Notes: generated by a model from the letters alone, not told the origin. A stretch of DNA of 63,556 bases, filler included, from an uncultured Methanosarcinales archaeon (GCA_964398115.1; 3 parts of 3 records of this genome joined end to end with filler, not necessarily neighbours in it); one strand, 5' to 3'. Positions 17,834-27,082 are shown, counted from the whole stretch's first letter. Made by a program: numbers and translations.

Positions 17834-20119
17834 ATGGCACTTTTCAGTAAGGAAACTACAGGTTCTTATGAAGTAATTCGTGAAGGCGGGGATAACATCC
17901 TGAAGATTAACTACGAGGACGAACCTAAAGTTCCAAGTATAGAAGACGACCCTGCAACTATGGCGCGTGTTATCGACTTATTGATTGAAAACCCTGATAC
18001 TACTAAAGTTGTCTTCACACAAAAAAGAGAATATGAGTATGATTACAGCCAAACACAACTTCTTAATGAAATAGCGGATTTGTATAAAAAACTGGTTAGG
18101 AATAAGGAATTATTCCAGTATAGCGAAATTGCAAGTGTAGGTAACCAGCAGCAAGCAGACAAGATTTATAGCGAAATCCAGCAGATAGTGTTTCAAAAGT
18201 TGAAATCTGACCCGGTAGGTTGTTATGTAGAGTTGAAACGTTTAGAAAGGCGTGAAAGGATTGAATTGGATAAAAGCGTGGGTGAAGAACAAGCCCTGCA
18301 CAAAGGCTATCATAGACTCTTACAATACTTGCTGAACGAAATGGAGAACACTAAGTTGATAACAGTAGCTGAGCCATACCTCGCTGGTCATCACGTAGGA
18401 GACAGAGAAGTTTATCGGAAAATCTTCGCTCCAAATATCAAACCAGACTTTATGTTCACCAAGTTGATGTCTCAATTTCCTAAAAGAGCTACCGAACTTG
18501 ACAGCTATAACATAGATGACACCGAGGTCAGCATTTTTGAGTTAGAAGATGACGTTCAGTACTTGTATCACGTGACACCACCAGAGTTTAAACTCACACA
18601 AGAAAAATATGAAATTTTGGACATGGCTAGGAATATAATGGCGGAGCATAAGCCTAGCCGGCAAGAGTTTGTCGATCCCCATCGTATGAGGCAAGTTTTC
18701 AGAAATGTTGGTGAAGACCTACTTGAGGAACTAGGTAATTACAAAGGCGTTGATTTCTCCACGGAAGAGGTTGAAGAGTTATGTGATATCTTGATCAGGT
18801 ACACTGTAGGGTTTGGCTTGGTGGAAGTTTTGTTGTCAGATCAAAAAATTCAGGATATCACTGTAAACAGTCCTACTGGTAAGATACCAATGTTTGTTGT
18901 TCACCAAGATTATGGAGAATGTAAAACAAACATTATCCCTAGTGTGAGTGACGCTGAGAGTTGGGCGACAAAGCTACGGATGATTAGTGGTCGTCCTTTA
19001 GATGAAGCTAACCCTATACTTGATACAGGTATTGAAATTCCTAACGTGGCTAAAGCTCGTGTGGGAGTGATAACGGAGCCTTTGAATCCTCAAGGACAGG
19101 CTTATGCTTTCAGAAGACATAGGGATCATCCTTGGACCCTCCCCTTGTTTATTAGGAATAAAATGGTTTCCCCCATGGCCGCGGGTCTCTTAAGTTTCTT
19201 GGTAGACGGCAATCGAACCATGCTAATTGCGGGTACTCGTAGTGCTGGAAAGACAAGCTTACTTGGTAGTTTGTTGGTGGAGATTATGAGGAAGTACAGG
19301 ATTATCACGATTGAGGATACTATGGAGCTTCCTACGAATAGTTTGAGAAAATTGGGTTATAACATTCAACCTATGAAAGTCGCTGGTGCTTTGAGTACGG
19401 ATACTAGTGAGGTTAGTGCAAGCCAGGGTATAAGGACGACTTTGCGTATGGGAGATAGTGCTTTGATTGTAGGCGAAGTTAGAAGTGAAGAGGCTCAGGC
19501 TTTGTATGAAGCTATGCGTGTTGGCGCTCAAGCAAACGTTGTTGCGGGTACTATCCACGGTGAAAGTCCTTACGGAGTTTTTGACCGTGTTGTTAATGAC
19601 TTAGGTGTTCCACGGACGAGTTTTAAAGCGACTGACATCATCATAGTGGCTAATCCGATTAAGAGCCCTGATGGTTTGCATAGTTGGAGGCGTGTCACGC
19701 GTATTACAGAGGTTAGGAAGGATTGGGATGAGGACCCGAGTGATGAGAATGGTTTTGTGGATTTGATGAAGTATAATCCTGAAACGGATCAGTTGGAACC
19801 GACTGATGCTTTGTTGAATGGTGATAGCGACGTTTTGAAGGACATCGCTGCTAACGTGCGGGAGTGGGCTGGTGATTGGGATGCTGTTTTGGAGAATATT
19901 GATTTAAGGAGTAGGATTAAGGAAAGGTTGGTTGAAGTGGCTGATGAATATAATGATGGTGACATGTTGGAGGCTGAGTTTGTAATAAATGCTAATGATA
20001 AATTTCATAAGATTAGTGATAGGGTTAAGGAGAAGACTGGTGAGTTGGATAGTGACCGTATTTTCTTTGAGTGGAATGAGTGGTTGAAGCGTCAAGTGAG
20101 GAAGCGAAATGCTGATTAA
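17834..20119 (+). CDS. Type II/IV secretion (VirB11/TadA/FlaI-like) ATPase with long N-terminal domain
   Basis: Walker A GTRSAGKTS, Asp box TIEDTMEL, Walker B LIVGEVR, GTIHG. Confidence 0.9.
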   Translation: MALFSKETTGSYEVIREGGDNILKINYEDEPKVPSIEDDPATMARVIDLLIENPDTTKVVFTQKREYEYDYSQTQLLNEIADLYKKLVRNKELFQYSEIASVGNQQQADKIYSEIQQIVFQKLKSDPVGCYVELKRLERRERIELDKSVGEEQALHKGYHRLLQYLLNEMENTKLITVAEPYLAGHHVGDREVYRKIFAPNIKPDFMFTKLMSQFPKRATELDSYNIDDTEVSIFELEDDVQYLYHVTPPEFKLTQEKYEILDMARNIMAEHKPSRQEFVDPHRMRQVFRNVGEDLLEELGNYKGVDFSTEEVEELCDILIRYTVGFGLVEVLLSDQKIQDITVNSPTGKIPMFVVHQDYGECKTNIIPSVSDAESWATKLRMISGRPLDEANPILDTGIEIPNVAKARVGVITEPLNPQGQAYAFRRHRDHPWTLPLFIRNKMVSPMAAGLLSFLVDGNRTMLIAGTRSAGKTSLLGSLLVEIMRKYRIITIEDTMELPTNSLRKLGYNIQPMKVAGALSTDTSEVSASQGIRTTLRMGDSALIVGEVRSEEAQALYEAMRVGAQANVVAGTIHGESPYGVFDRVVNDLGVPRTSFKATDIIIVANPIKSPDGLHSWRRVTRITEVRKDWDEDPSDENGFVDLMKYNPETDQLEPTDALLNGDSDVLKDIAANVREWAGDWDAVLENIDLRSRIKERLVEVADEYNDGDMLEAEFVINANDKFHKISDRVKEKTGELDSDRIFFEWNEWLKRQVRKRNAD

Positions 20120-20134
20120 AAGAGGTGGGATTTT

Positions 20135-22366
20135 TTGTCGGAGGATATTGAAGATTTCAAGTCTAAGTATTTGAAACGTTTAAATCAAGAACTTGGTGAA
20201 AGTCCTGAAGACATTTCTGAGGTTACAACTCAACAGTATCGTGAGTTCAGGCAGGAGTACATGCCTAAGCCTTTGAGTTGGTATGAGAAAGTTTGTCAAA
20301 TTTCTGGTAGTATCTTACAGGTTAGTCCTGATGAAGAAGATGCGGAGGAGATGAAGGAAGCGATTGACATCACTCATTTGAATATTACGCCTACGGATGC
20401 GATGAGTTTTGCTATTTTAGGTCCGTTATTGTTTATAGTGGTGGCTTCACTTTTTGGTTATATACTTCCGCCTTTGCTTACGCCGGAGCAGGCTAGTGGA
20501 AGTATTTTCATGGTTTTGTTTGCAATGATTTCTGGGATGGTAATGATTTATCCGTTGCAGAAGATGCCTCAGTTTTTGAGTAATAGTTGGCGTATGAAGG
20601 CTAGTAATCAAATGGTGTTGTGCGTTTTTTACGTCGTTACTTTTATGAGGCATACGAGTAATTTGGAGTTAGCTATTGATTTTGCTGCAAAGCATTTGGA
20701 TCCGCCTTTGAGTTTGGATTTAAAGAAGATAATTTGGGATATTGAAACAGGTAAGCATGATAGTTTGAAGGAGAGCTTGGACAGTTATTTGGAGAATTGG
20801 AGGGATTGGAATAAAGAGTTTATTGAAAGCATGCATTTGATTGAGTCTAGCTTGTATGAAACGAGTGAGAATCGTAGGATCGACACGTTGGATAAAGCGT
20901 TGGATATCATGTTGCAGGAGACTTATGAGAAGATGTTGCATTACGCTCATAATTTGAAGAGTCCTTTGCAGGCTTTGCACATGCTTGGTATTGTTTTGCC
21001 TATACTGGGATTGGTTATATTGCCTTTGATTGTTAGCTTTATGGGAGGGGTTCACTGGTATCATATTATGATTTTGTATAACGTGGCGTTGCCTATTGGA
21101 GTTTTTTACATGGGGAAGAATATTTTGAGTAAGCGCCCTACTGGTTATGGAGAGACTCAACTCACCGGTGTGGATGAGCAAGAGTATAAAAAGGTTAGTT
21201 TTAACTTTTTAGGGAGTGAAGTAAGTTTTAGTCCGGCTTGGTTTGCTATTTTGATTTTTTCGACATTATTGTTGATTGGAAGTTTTCCACTTGTCATGCA
21301 TAGTATGAATCCTGGTTTTGATTACGTCTTTACAAGTAGTGGAGTCTCTACTATAAGTGATTATACAAGTGAAGACGCGGTTTTTTACTTCTTAGGATAT
21401 AGGCCTATGATTCAAGATGGTGAAACCACAGATGTTTTCATTGGCCCTTTCGGCTTAGGAGCTACTCTCTTGAGCTTGTTAATACCGTTGGCTTTTGGAT
21501 TGGGAATTGGCTTGTATTATAAGTTGAAGACTAAAGATTTGATAGAAATACGTGAGAAGGCTAAGGAATTGGAGGAGGAATTTGCGGGGGCTTTGTTCCA
21601 ACTTGGTAATCGTTTGGCTGATGGTATTCCTGCGGAGATTGCTTTTGAAAAAGTGGCGAATGTTATGCAGGAAACCACGTCTGGTAAGTTTTTTGAACTG
21701 GTTAGTGTGAATATTCGAAAGTTGGGGATGGGTTTGAAAAAAGCTATTTTCGATCCTGACAAGGGTGCTTTGGCGTATTATCCTAGTGATTTGATTGAGA
21801 GTAGTATGAAAGTTTTGGTAGAGGCGGTGAATAAAGGGCCGAGGGTGGCTAGTCAGGCTTTGATGAATGTTTCTGAATATATCAAGCAGATGCATCGTGT
21901 TGATGAAAGACTTCGTGACTTGATGGCGGATGTTATTAGTGATATGCAAAGCCAGATTAGTTTTTTGACTCCGGCTATTGCTGGTATAGTAGTTGGGATT
22001 ACGAGTATGATCACTAAAATCTTGGGTAGCTTGGGTGAGAATATTAGTCAGTTGCAGACTGAAACTGCTCAAAGTGCTGGTGGCACGGCTGGTTTTGGTG
22101 GGCAGTTGTTGAACTTGTTCGGTACAGGAATGCCTACTTATTGGTTCCAGATCATTGTGGGTTTGTATGTGGTACAGGTTGTTTACATCTTGACGGTGTT
22201 GGTGAATGGGATTAAGAATGGTCAGGATAAGGTTATGGAGAAGAGTTTGCTTGGTAAGTATTTGACGAGGACTACTTTGACTTATTGCCTCATTGCAGGA
22301 GTTGTTATGACTTTGTTCAACGTCATCGCGGGTACTATTGTGCCGACGGCTGGTGTTGGGGGTTAA
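20135..22366 (+). CDS. Fused TadB/TadC (GspF/FlaJ-like) membrane platform protein
   Basis: 743 aa, two GspF-like cytoplasmic domains (LEEEFAGALFQLGNRL.DG.P.E), many TMs; follows the ATPase. Confidence 0.8.
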   Translation: MSEDIEDFKSKYLKRLNQELGESPEDISEVTTQQYREFRQEYMPKPLSWYEKVCQISGSILQVSPDEEDAEEMKEAIDITHLNITPTDAMSFAILGPLLFIVVASLFGYILPPLLTPEQASGSIFMVLFAMISGMVMIYPLQKMPQFLSNSWRMKASNQMVLCVFYVVTFMRHTSNLELAIDFAAKHLDPPLSLDLKKIIWDIETGKHDSLKESLDSYLENWRDWNKEFIESMHLIESSLYETSENRRIDTLDKALDIMLQETYEKMLHYAHNLKSPLQALHMLGIVLPILGLVILPLIVSFMGGVHWYHIMILYNVALPIGVFYMGKNILSKRPTGYGETQLTGVDEQEYKKVSFNFLGSEVSFSPAWFAILIFSTLLLIGSFPLVMHSMNPGFDYVFTSSGVSTISDYTSEDAVFYFLGYRPMIQDGETTDVFIGPFGLGATLLSLLIPLAFGLGIGLYYKLKTKDLIEIREKAKELEEEFAGALFQLGNRLADGIPAEIAFEKVANVMQETTSGKFFELVSVNIRKLGMGLKKAIFDPDKGALAYYPSDLIESSMKVLVEAVNKGPRVASQALMNVSEYIKQMHRVDERLRDLMADVISDMQSQISFLTPAIAGIVVGITSMITKILGSLGENISQLQTETAQSAGGTAGFGGQLLNLFGTGMPTYWFQIIVGLYVVQVVYILTVLVNGIKNGQDKVMEKSLLGKYLTRTTLTYCLIAGVVMTLFNVIAGTIVPTAGVGG

Positions 22367-23655
22367 GTTCTATGGGTGTAGTGTTGTAATGACTTTCGGA
22401 CTTCGTCGCTTTCTCTTATTTTTTTGAATCCTCTATTTCTGAGTTGTCGTATTCTTTCTCTTGTAACTCCCATTATGCTTCCGATTTGTTCGAGGGTTAG
22501 TTCTTCTTGTCCGTCTAGTCCGTAGTAGAGTTCCATTATTTGCCTTTCTCTGTCGCTCAATAGGGAGAGTGCTTTTTGGATTTGTTCTCTTCTGTCTCTT
22601 TCTTCTGCTTTTTCGTGCACGGTTGGTTCTTCTAACGCTAGTGTTTCGCTGACTTCGGTGTCTCCGTCTTCTTTGTATCTTGGACTGTCCAAGCTTATTT
22701 CTCCAAATGCGATGCGACTGAAGTCTTTGTAGATGTCTACGCTTATATTCGCGCCTGTTTCTTCTATCGCTTCTCTTATTTGTTTATCTGTTGGTCTTCC
22801 ACTCATACGGCTGTTTAAGTATTTTCTTACTGCTTTACCTCCGTTCCAAACGTTCTGTGGTATGTTCACTTGTTTGCTTGTTCGTGCTAGGGTGGTGTGT
22901 ATGTTTTGCCTGATCCACCAGACTGCGTAGCTGATGAATTTCACTCCTCTGTCAGGGTTGAATTTCTTTGCTGCTTCTACGAGTCCTTTGTTGCCGAGGC
23001 TGATGAGTTCTTCGTAGTTTAATCCTTCTCCTCTGTATTTCTTGACGTAACTCGCTACAAATTTCAGGTTTGCCGTGACGAGTTTTTCTAGTGCTTTTTC
23101 GTCGTCTTCGTTTTGGATTCTTCTGCCCAGTCTTTGTTCTTCTTCTCTACTTAAGGGTTCGCTTTCTGTGATTGAGCTGAAGTAGGTTTCTACTGGATCT
23201 TCGTTGTATTCAGTATTAGCTATGAATTCTGGTCTTCTTTCTCTTTCTACTTGTTCTACTTCTTTTTCTAACTCGCTTTCTTCCGCCGTTTCTCGTCTTT
23301 CTACTAGGTGGTGAATGTCCGAACTGCTTACGTATAAGTCTCTTGCACCGCCGTTGCTTTTTTCTTTTACTAGTCTTCTTCCGTCTATGCTTGCTTTCCA
23401 GATTTGTGATAGTTCTTTTTCTGCAAATTTTGCGAACAGTACTGCGGGGGTATAACTATTTTGGGCTTTTTCTTCTGGTATTTGTCCTTGTCTGTGGAGA
23501 TGGTTTATGACCAGGCCGCCGAAGAATCCTTGATTGGTTACTTTGTACGGGTCGTTTTTAATACTTTGTAGTGTTTCTTCGTCTAGTCCTTTTTGTTGTA
23601 GTTCTTTTTCTGTATAGGTACTTGCTGGATCTAGGTCATCGATTATTTCTTCCAT
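22363..23655 (-). CDS. Bacterial-type sigma70-family (RpoD/RpoS-like) factor with ~150-aa N-terminal extension
   Basis: Region 1.2 VETYF...PLSREEEQRL; region 2 LVTANLKFV...GNKGLVEAAKKFNPDRGVKFISYAVWWIRQ; region 3 ISLDSP; region 4 LSDRERQIMELYYGL...TLEQIG...GVTRERIRQ. Confidence 0.93.
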   Translation of the reverse strand: MEEIIDDLDPASTYTEKELQQKGLDEETLQSIKNDPYKVTNQGFFGGLVINHLHRQGQIPEEKAQNSYTPAVLFAKFAEKELSQIWKASIDGRRLVKEKSNGGARDLYVSSSDIHHLVERRETAEESELEKEVEQVERERRPEFIANTEYNEDPVETYFSSITESEPLSREEEQRLGRRIQNEDDEKALEKLVTANLKFVASYVKKYRGEGLNYEELISLGNKGLVEAAKKFNPDRGVKFISYAVWWIRQNIHTTLARTSKQVNIPQNVWNGGKAVRKYLNSRMSGRPTDKQIREAIEETGANISVDIYKDFSRIAFGEISLDSPRYKEDGDTEVSETLALEEPTVHEKAEERDRREQIQKALSLLSDRERQIMELYYGLDGQEELTLEQIGSIMGVTRERIRQLRNRGFKKIRESDEVRKSLQHYTHRT

Positions 23656-23659
23656 TTTT

Positions 23660-25603
23660 TTAGATGTTCCCTCGGTAGTGTTGTAATGCGTTTATAAAGT
23701 CGCCGTAGTGGAATTTCATCCCGCCGTCTAACATGGTGTTTATATTTATACCATGGTTGTCTGAATAGTCTACTATTTCTATTGCTTGTTCAGTTGATAA
23801 TCCTAACCTGTCTTTCATGTCTGGTAGGGTGTAGTGCCTTGTTCTGAAATGCTTCCAGTTTTCTTCTGTTTGAGATATTCGTCTACCATCGAAATTATCT
23901 GAGAGTATGAAGTTTGTTACTTCTAAACTGCATGTTCCTTCGATGAAATAACATGGTCTTTTTGGAGTGTGTAGGTTTCTAACAAAGGGTTTGTATGAGT
24001 TGTTTTGTTTTGAAAGTACGTTTGCTACTTGTTTGGTTTTTCTAAAGAGGGTTTCATCTTCTATTTCGGGATGTTGTCCTAATGCGTGATGGAGACTTGG
24101 CATTCCAGTTGTTTGTTCTTGTACTCTTTGGAATTCGTGGCCGGTTACTTTGTCGTTTTCGTCTGATTCTAGCATTCCTGTTCTTATTAAGTAATTTAGT
24201 GTTCCTCTTTTTTTCCCGGTTTTACTTGCGAGGTCTCCTGATGTGTATTTCACGTTGGGGAATAAGGGCATTTTTTCTTGCGTGTTGGCTTCTTTCTTTT
24301 CTTTGATTGCTTGCCAGATTTTGTTGGTTTCTTGTTCTAATTCGCTTGGTGTTGGGTTTTCTAGTCGGTGTTGTGCTATTGCTCTTGCGGCCATGTTTAA
24401 GACTTGCATTTCGTAGTGGCTTTTTCTAAAACCTGACATGTGTTGTAGGCTAGGATGATGTGGGTTGATGATTATCGTGTCTTCGTCATGGTTGAAAGTG
24501 CTGTTTTGTTCTAGGTTTTCGTCGTATCTTATTTCGGTTTGCATGTGTACTTCATCTATTGGACTTCCTCGTAGTTTCTTCTGTGCTTGTTTTGGGACGT
24601 CGCTTTTCTGACTTTGGAATTTTTGTGTTTTCCTCACTTTCTTCCGGGTCTTGGCGTATTTTCTTACTCTTTGCATGCTACTTCGTAGTTCTGCTCTGAA
24701 TTCTTGCACTCCGGGGTGGTCGGGTTGGAATTGGCTTCTGTCGAATGCGATGGCTTCTTCTAAGTCGTCAGCATGTAATATGCCTATAATTCTTGCCCGG
24801 TCGGTTTTTGGTACGTCTTCTAACATTTTTTTGGGATCCCCGACTCTTCTGCCGTGTACGTATACGTGGATTCCTCTCATGTCTGCTGGGCTGTTAGCGT
24901 AGTAGAGGCTTCCGTGAACGTGTCCCATTTCGTTTCCGGTTCGGTCGAATTCGAATTCGGTGGCTTTTTCTATACTTTTGCTTTGTACTTTTTCTCCGTT
25001 TACGTAGACTTCGAAGTCAGGTAGTATGGGGAGTTCCCATCTAATCCTTCTTCTTAGTTCTTTGAGTTTGAATCCTGTGTCAGGTCCGAACCTTAGGCGG
25101 GTCATTTCTATTTGTGTACCGCTTTCTTCACTTGTGGGTTGGGTTTGTATTTCTATTTCTTTCCCTGTTCGTAGCATGTCTTCGTTGAATTCTTCTTCTA
25201 CTATGCTTTCTAAGCCGTCTTTTCTTGTGGTGAGTTTGTAGGCGTCGCTTAATGCTTTGATTAGGATGGTTCCTATTCCTCGGTCTCCCAGCTTTCTTCT
25301 GTTTAGCTCGGGTGTGTATTTTTCTTCTAGTTTTGGACTGTCTCCTAGTTTGTAGAAAGCGTTTTCTAGTTCGGTTGGTGTCATGCCGAGGCCGTTGTCT
25401 TCTACTACTAAGAGGTCGTTTTCTTCATTGTATTGTAGGTGTACTTGTGTGGCGTCGGCGTCGTAAGAATTGGCTATGAGTTCGATTATACTGGTTTCTG
25501 TATCTTGCTTGGTGAGGTTTGCGAGCATTTCGGGGAGGTTTTTCCCTGGTGCTCTTCTCACAACTTGTGTTTCTTCGGTTTCTTGTGTGGTTCCCCCAAC
25601 CAT
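23660..25603 (-). CDS. GHKL (MORC-like, HATPase_c_3) ATPase with S5-like middle domain and C-terminal putative winged-helix repeats
   Basis: ELIANSYDADA (N box), VEDNGLGM (G1), GDRGIG (G2), SGTQIEM; IIINPHHP. Confidence 0.85.
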   Translation of the reverse strand: MVGGTTQETEETQVVRRAPGKNLPEMLANLTKQDTETSIIELIANSYDADATQVHLQYNEENDLLVVEDNGLGMTPTELENAFYKLGDSPKLEEKYTPELNRRKLGDRGIGTILIKALSDAYKLTTRKDGLESIVEEEFNEDMLRTGKEIEIQTQPTSEESGTQIEMTRLRFGPDTGFKLKELRRRIRWELPILPDFEVYVNGEKVQSKSIEKATEFEFDRTGNEMGHVHGSLYYANSPADMRGIHVYVHGRRVGDPKKMLEDVPKTDRARIIGILHADDLEEAIAFDRSQFQPDHPGVQEFRAELRSSMQRVRKYAKTRKKVRKTQKFQSQKSDVPKQAQKKLRGSPIDEVHMQTEIRYDENLEQNSTFNHDEDTIIINPHHPSLQHMSGFRKSHYEMQVLNMAARAIAQHRLENPTPSELEQETNKIWQAIKEKKEANTQEKMPLFPNVKYTSGDLASKTGKKRGTLNYLIRTGMLESDENDKVTGHEFQRVQEQTTGMPSLHHALGQHPEIEDETLFRKTKQVANVLSKQNNSYKPFVRNLHTPKRPCYFIEGTCSLEVTNFILSDNFDGRRISQTEENWKHFRTRHYTLPDMKDRLGLSTEQAIEIVDYSDNHGININTMLDGGMKFHYGDFINALQHYRGNI

Positions 25604-25628
25604 CGTTTTTAGGTCAAGAATTTGCTGT

Positions 25629-25636
25629 TATTTAAA
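25629..25636 (-). promoter_or_regulatory. Archaeal TATA box for the GHKL-sigma operon
   Basis: TTTAAATA 25 nt upstream of the ATG at 25603, typical of near-leaderless archaeal transcripts. Confidence 0.55.
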
Positions 25637-25723
25637 TCCTGTGTTTTGTTTTCATTCTAGGAAAGTAACAAGTTAGGTTTTTTGGATAGTTTTTTATATA
25701 AGGTTTTGCAGATGTTTGTTTTA

Positions 25724-26521
25724 ATGGTTGATGCGAAGCAGTATTTGAAAACTTTCCGTAGGGTTTTACCTCGGCGTATTCGTAAGTTGAGAAAGTTGGC
25801 TAGGGAGAAGCGAAAGTTGGATGACAAGCTTCGTGCTGGTGCTTATAATGATTCTGTTATTGAGCGTTTGAAGGAAATTATTGGTGAGGATAAAAAGTTG
25901 TTAGTTTTTGGTAAGAGTGCTGAGAAGCGTCATCAGACTACTTTGCGTCATAGTGCTTGGAAGATATTGGAGAGCATTCGTAAGTTTAGGCAGTATTGTG
26001 ATAACAAAACTTTAGGTGAGGATATCGTTCATATTGAGGATGAAAACTTGCGTCGGAAGACTAGGAAAGTTACTGATAGTATGAAGGCGTGGTTGCAAGA
26101 GGTTTACAACTTTTGTGAAGAATTAGATGAAGTTTTTAAGGAAGAGGTTGATCACTTGGATAATGGTAGGTTGAAGGAGTATCTCGAGGCGAGTAACAAG
26201 GAGAAGAAGATCTTGTCAGATCCTAATTTCAAGTCTGACGTGGATAATATGAAAGGAGCGGTTAAGCGTGGTGTGAAGTTGTTGGGTGAGATGGAGGATA
26301 ACCATCCTTATGTTGCGAGTTTGGTTTTAATTCTGGCTACTGTTCATGTTTTGAGTTATGGCTTATTGATTATTGGCAGTGATATTGCAATGCCTGCCTA
26401 TCTAAGTAGCTTTTTAGGTTTGGTTGCTTCTAAAATTCCTGTAGAGTTTGACATGGAAGCGGAGGATTTTTTGGAGCAATTAACTAGTGTAGCGGTTGAT
26501 GTTCAAGAACAAATGGTATGA
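25724..26521 (+). CDS. Helical/coiled-coil protein with C-terminal hydrophobic hairpin
   Basis: Likely start MVDAKQY about 23 nt after TTTATATA; basic N-terminus; two adjacent hydrophobic helices near the C-terminus. Confidence 0.65.
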   Translation: MVDAKQYLKTFRRVLPRRIRKLRKLAREKRKLDDKLRAGAYNDSVIERLKEIIGEDKKLLVFGKSAEKRHQTTLRHSAWKILESIRKFRQYCDNKTLGEDIVHIEDENLRRKTRKVTDSMKAWLQEVYNFCEELDEVFKEEVDHLDNGRLKEYLEASNKEKKILSDPNFKSDVDNMKGAVKRGVKLLGEMEDNHPYVASLVLILATVHVLSYGLLIIGSDIAMPAYLSSFLGLVASKIPVEFDMEAEDFLEQLTSVAVDVQEQMV

Positions 26522-26522
26522 G

Positions 26523-26594
26523 TGGGCTTGCCCGGATTTGAACCGGGGACACCTGCGTCTTCAGCGCAGTGCTCTCCCGCTGAGCTACAAGCCC
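26523..26594 (-). tRNA. tRNA-Phe(GAA)
   Basis: Reverse strand GGGCTTG...CTGCG-CT-GAA-GA-CGCAG...GGTTCAAATCC...CAAGCCC-A; contig ends at its 5' base. Confidence 0.95.
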
Positions 26595-26694
26595 NNNNNN
26601 NNNNNNNNNNNNNNNNNNNNNNNNNNNNNNNNNNNNNNTTAATTAATTAANNNNNNNNNNNNNNNNNNNNNNNNNNNNNNNNNNNNNNNNNNNN
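26595..26694. other. Artificial contig linker
   Basis: N-run / TTAATTAATTAA (stops in all six frames) / N-run. Confidence 0.95.
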
Positions 26695-27082
26695 GGATTA
26701 AGAATAAGATTTTATGGTCTTCAATTTCTTGCTTGAATTTTTCACCGATTTCTTTGAAATCTTCAGATTCAAAACTAAAACCTCCACCGCCGTATCCAAG
26801 AAAGAGAACTTCATCCATTTCATGATGGTGTTCGTGGATGAACTTCACGTTTTCTGTCTTTTTACACGCTTCTCTCATGCGATCATCAAATTCATGATTT
26901 CCATGTACAATTATCACAGGCTTTCCAAGAGCATCTAATTCTTGTATTATTTCTTCAAGTCCTTCTTCAAAAACAGTTATGTCACCTGCGCAGACTAACA
27001 CGTCAGCCTCATCAGATTTTTCCTTAACTTTCTCTAAACTTTTATGATCACCGTGAAGGTCTGTAAATGCGAGTACTTTCAT
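26695..27082 (-). CDS. Metallophosphoesterase (Icc-like), truncated by contig end
   Basis: DLHG, AGDIT, HGNHE. Confidence 0.85.

Noticed and set aside
17834..22366. Archaellum (FlaI/FlaJ) operon
   Set aside because: No archaellin, FlaH, FlaF or FlaG nearby
22363..23655. Sigma factor as simple bacterial contamination
   Set aside because: No gap separates it from archaeal genes, its stop overlaps the neighbour's, composition matches the flanks and a TATA box precedes the operon; misassembly still needs read-level exclusion
22340..26594. Intact integrative element at tRNA-Phe
   Set aside because: No integrase and no duplicated tRNA 3' end (att site) seen
26595..26694. TTAATTAATTAA repeat, here and at 52592-52603
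   Set aside because: Synthetic contig spacer; adjacency across it has no biological meaning
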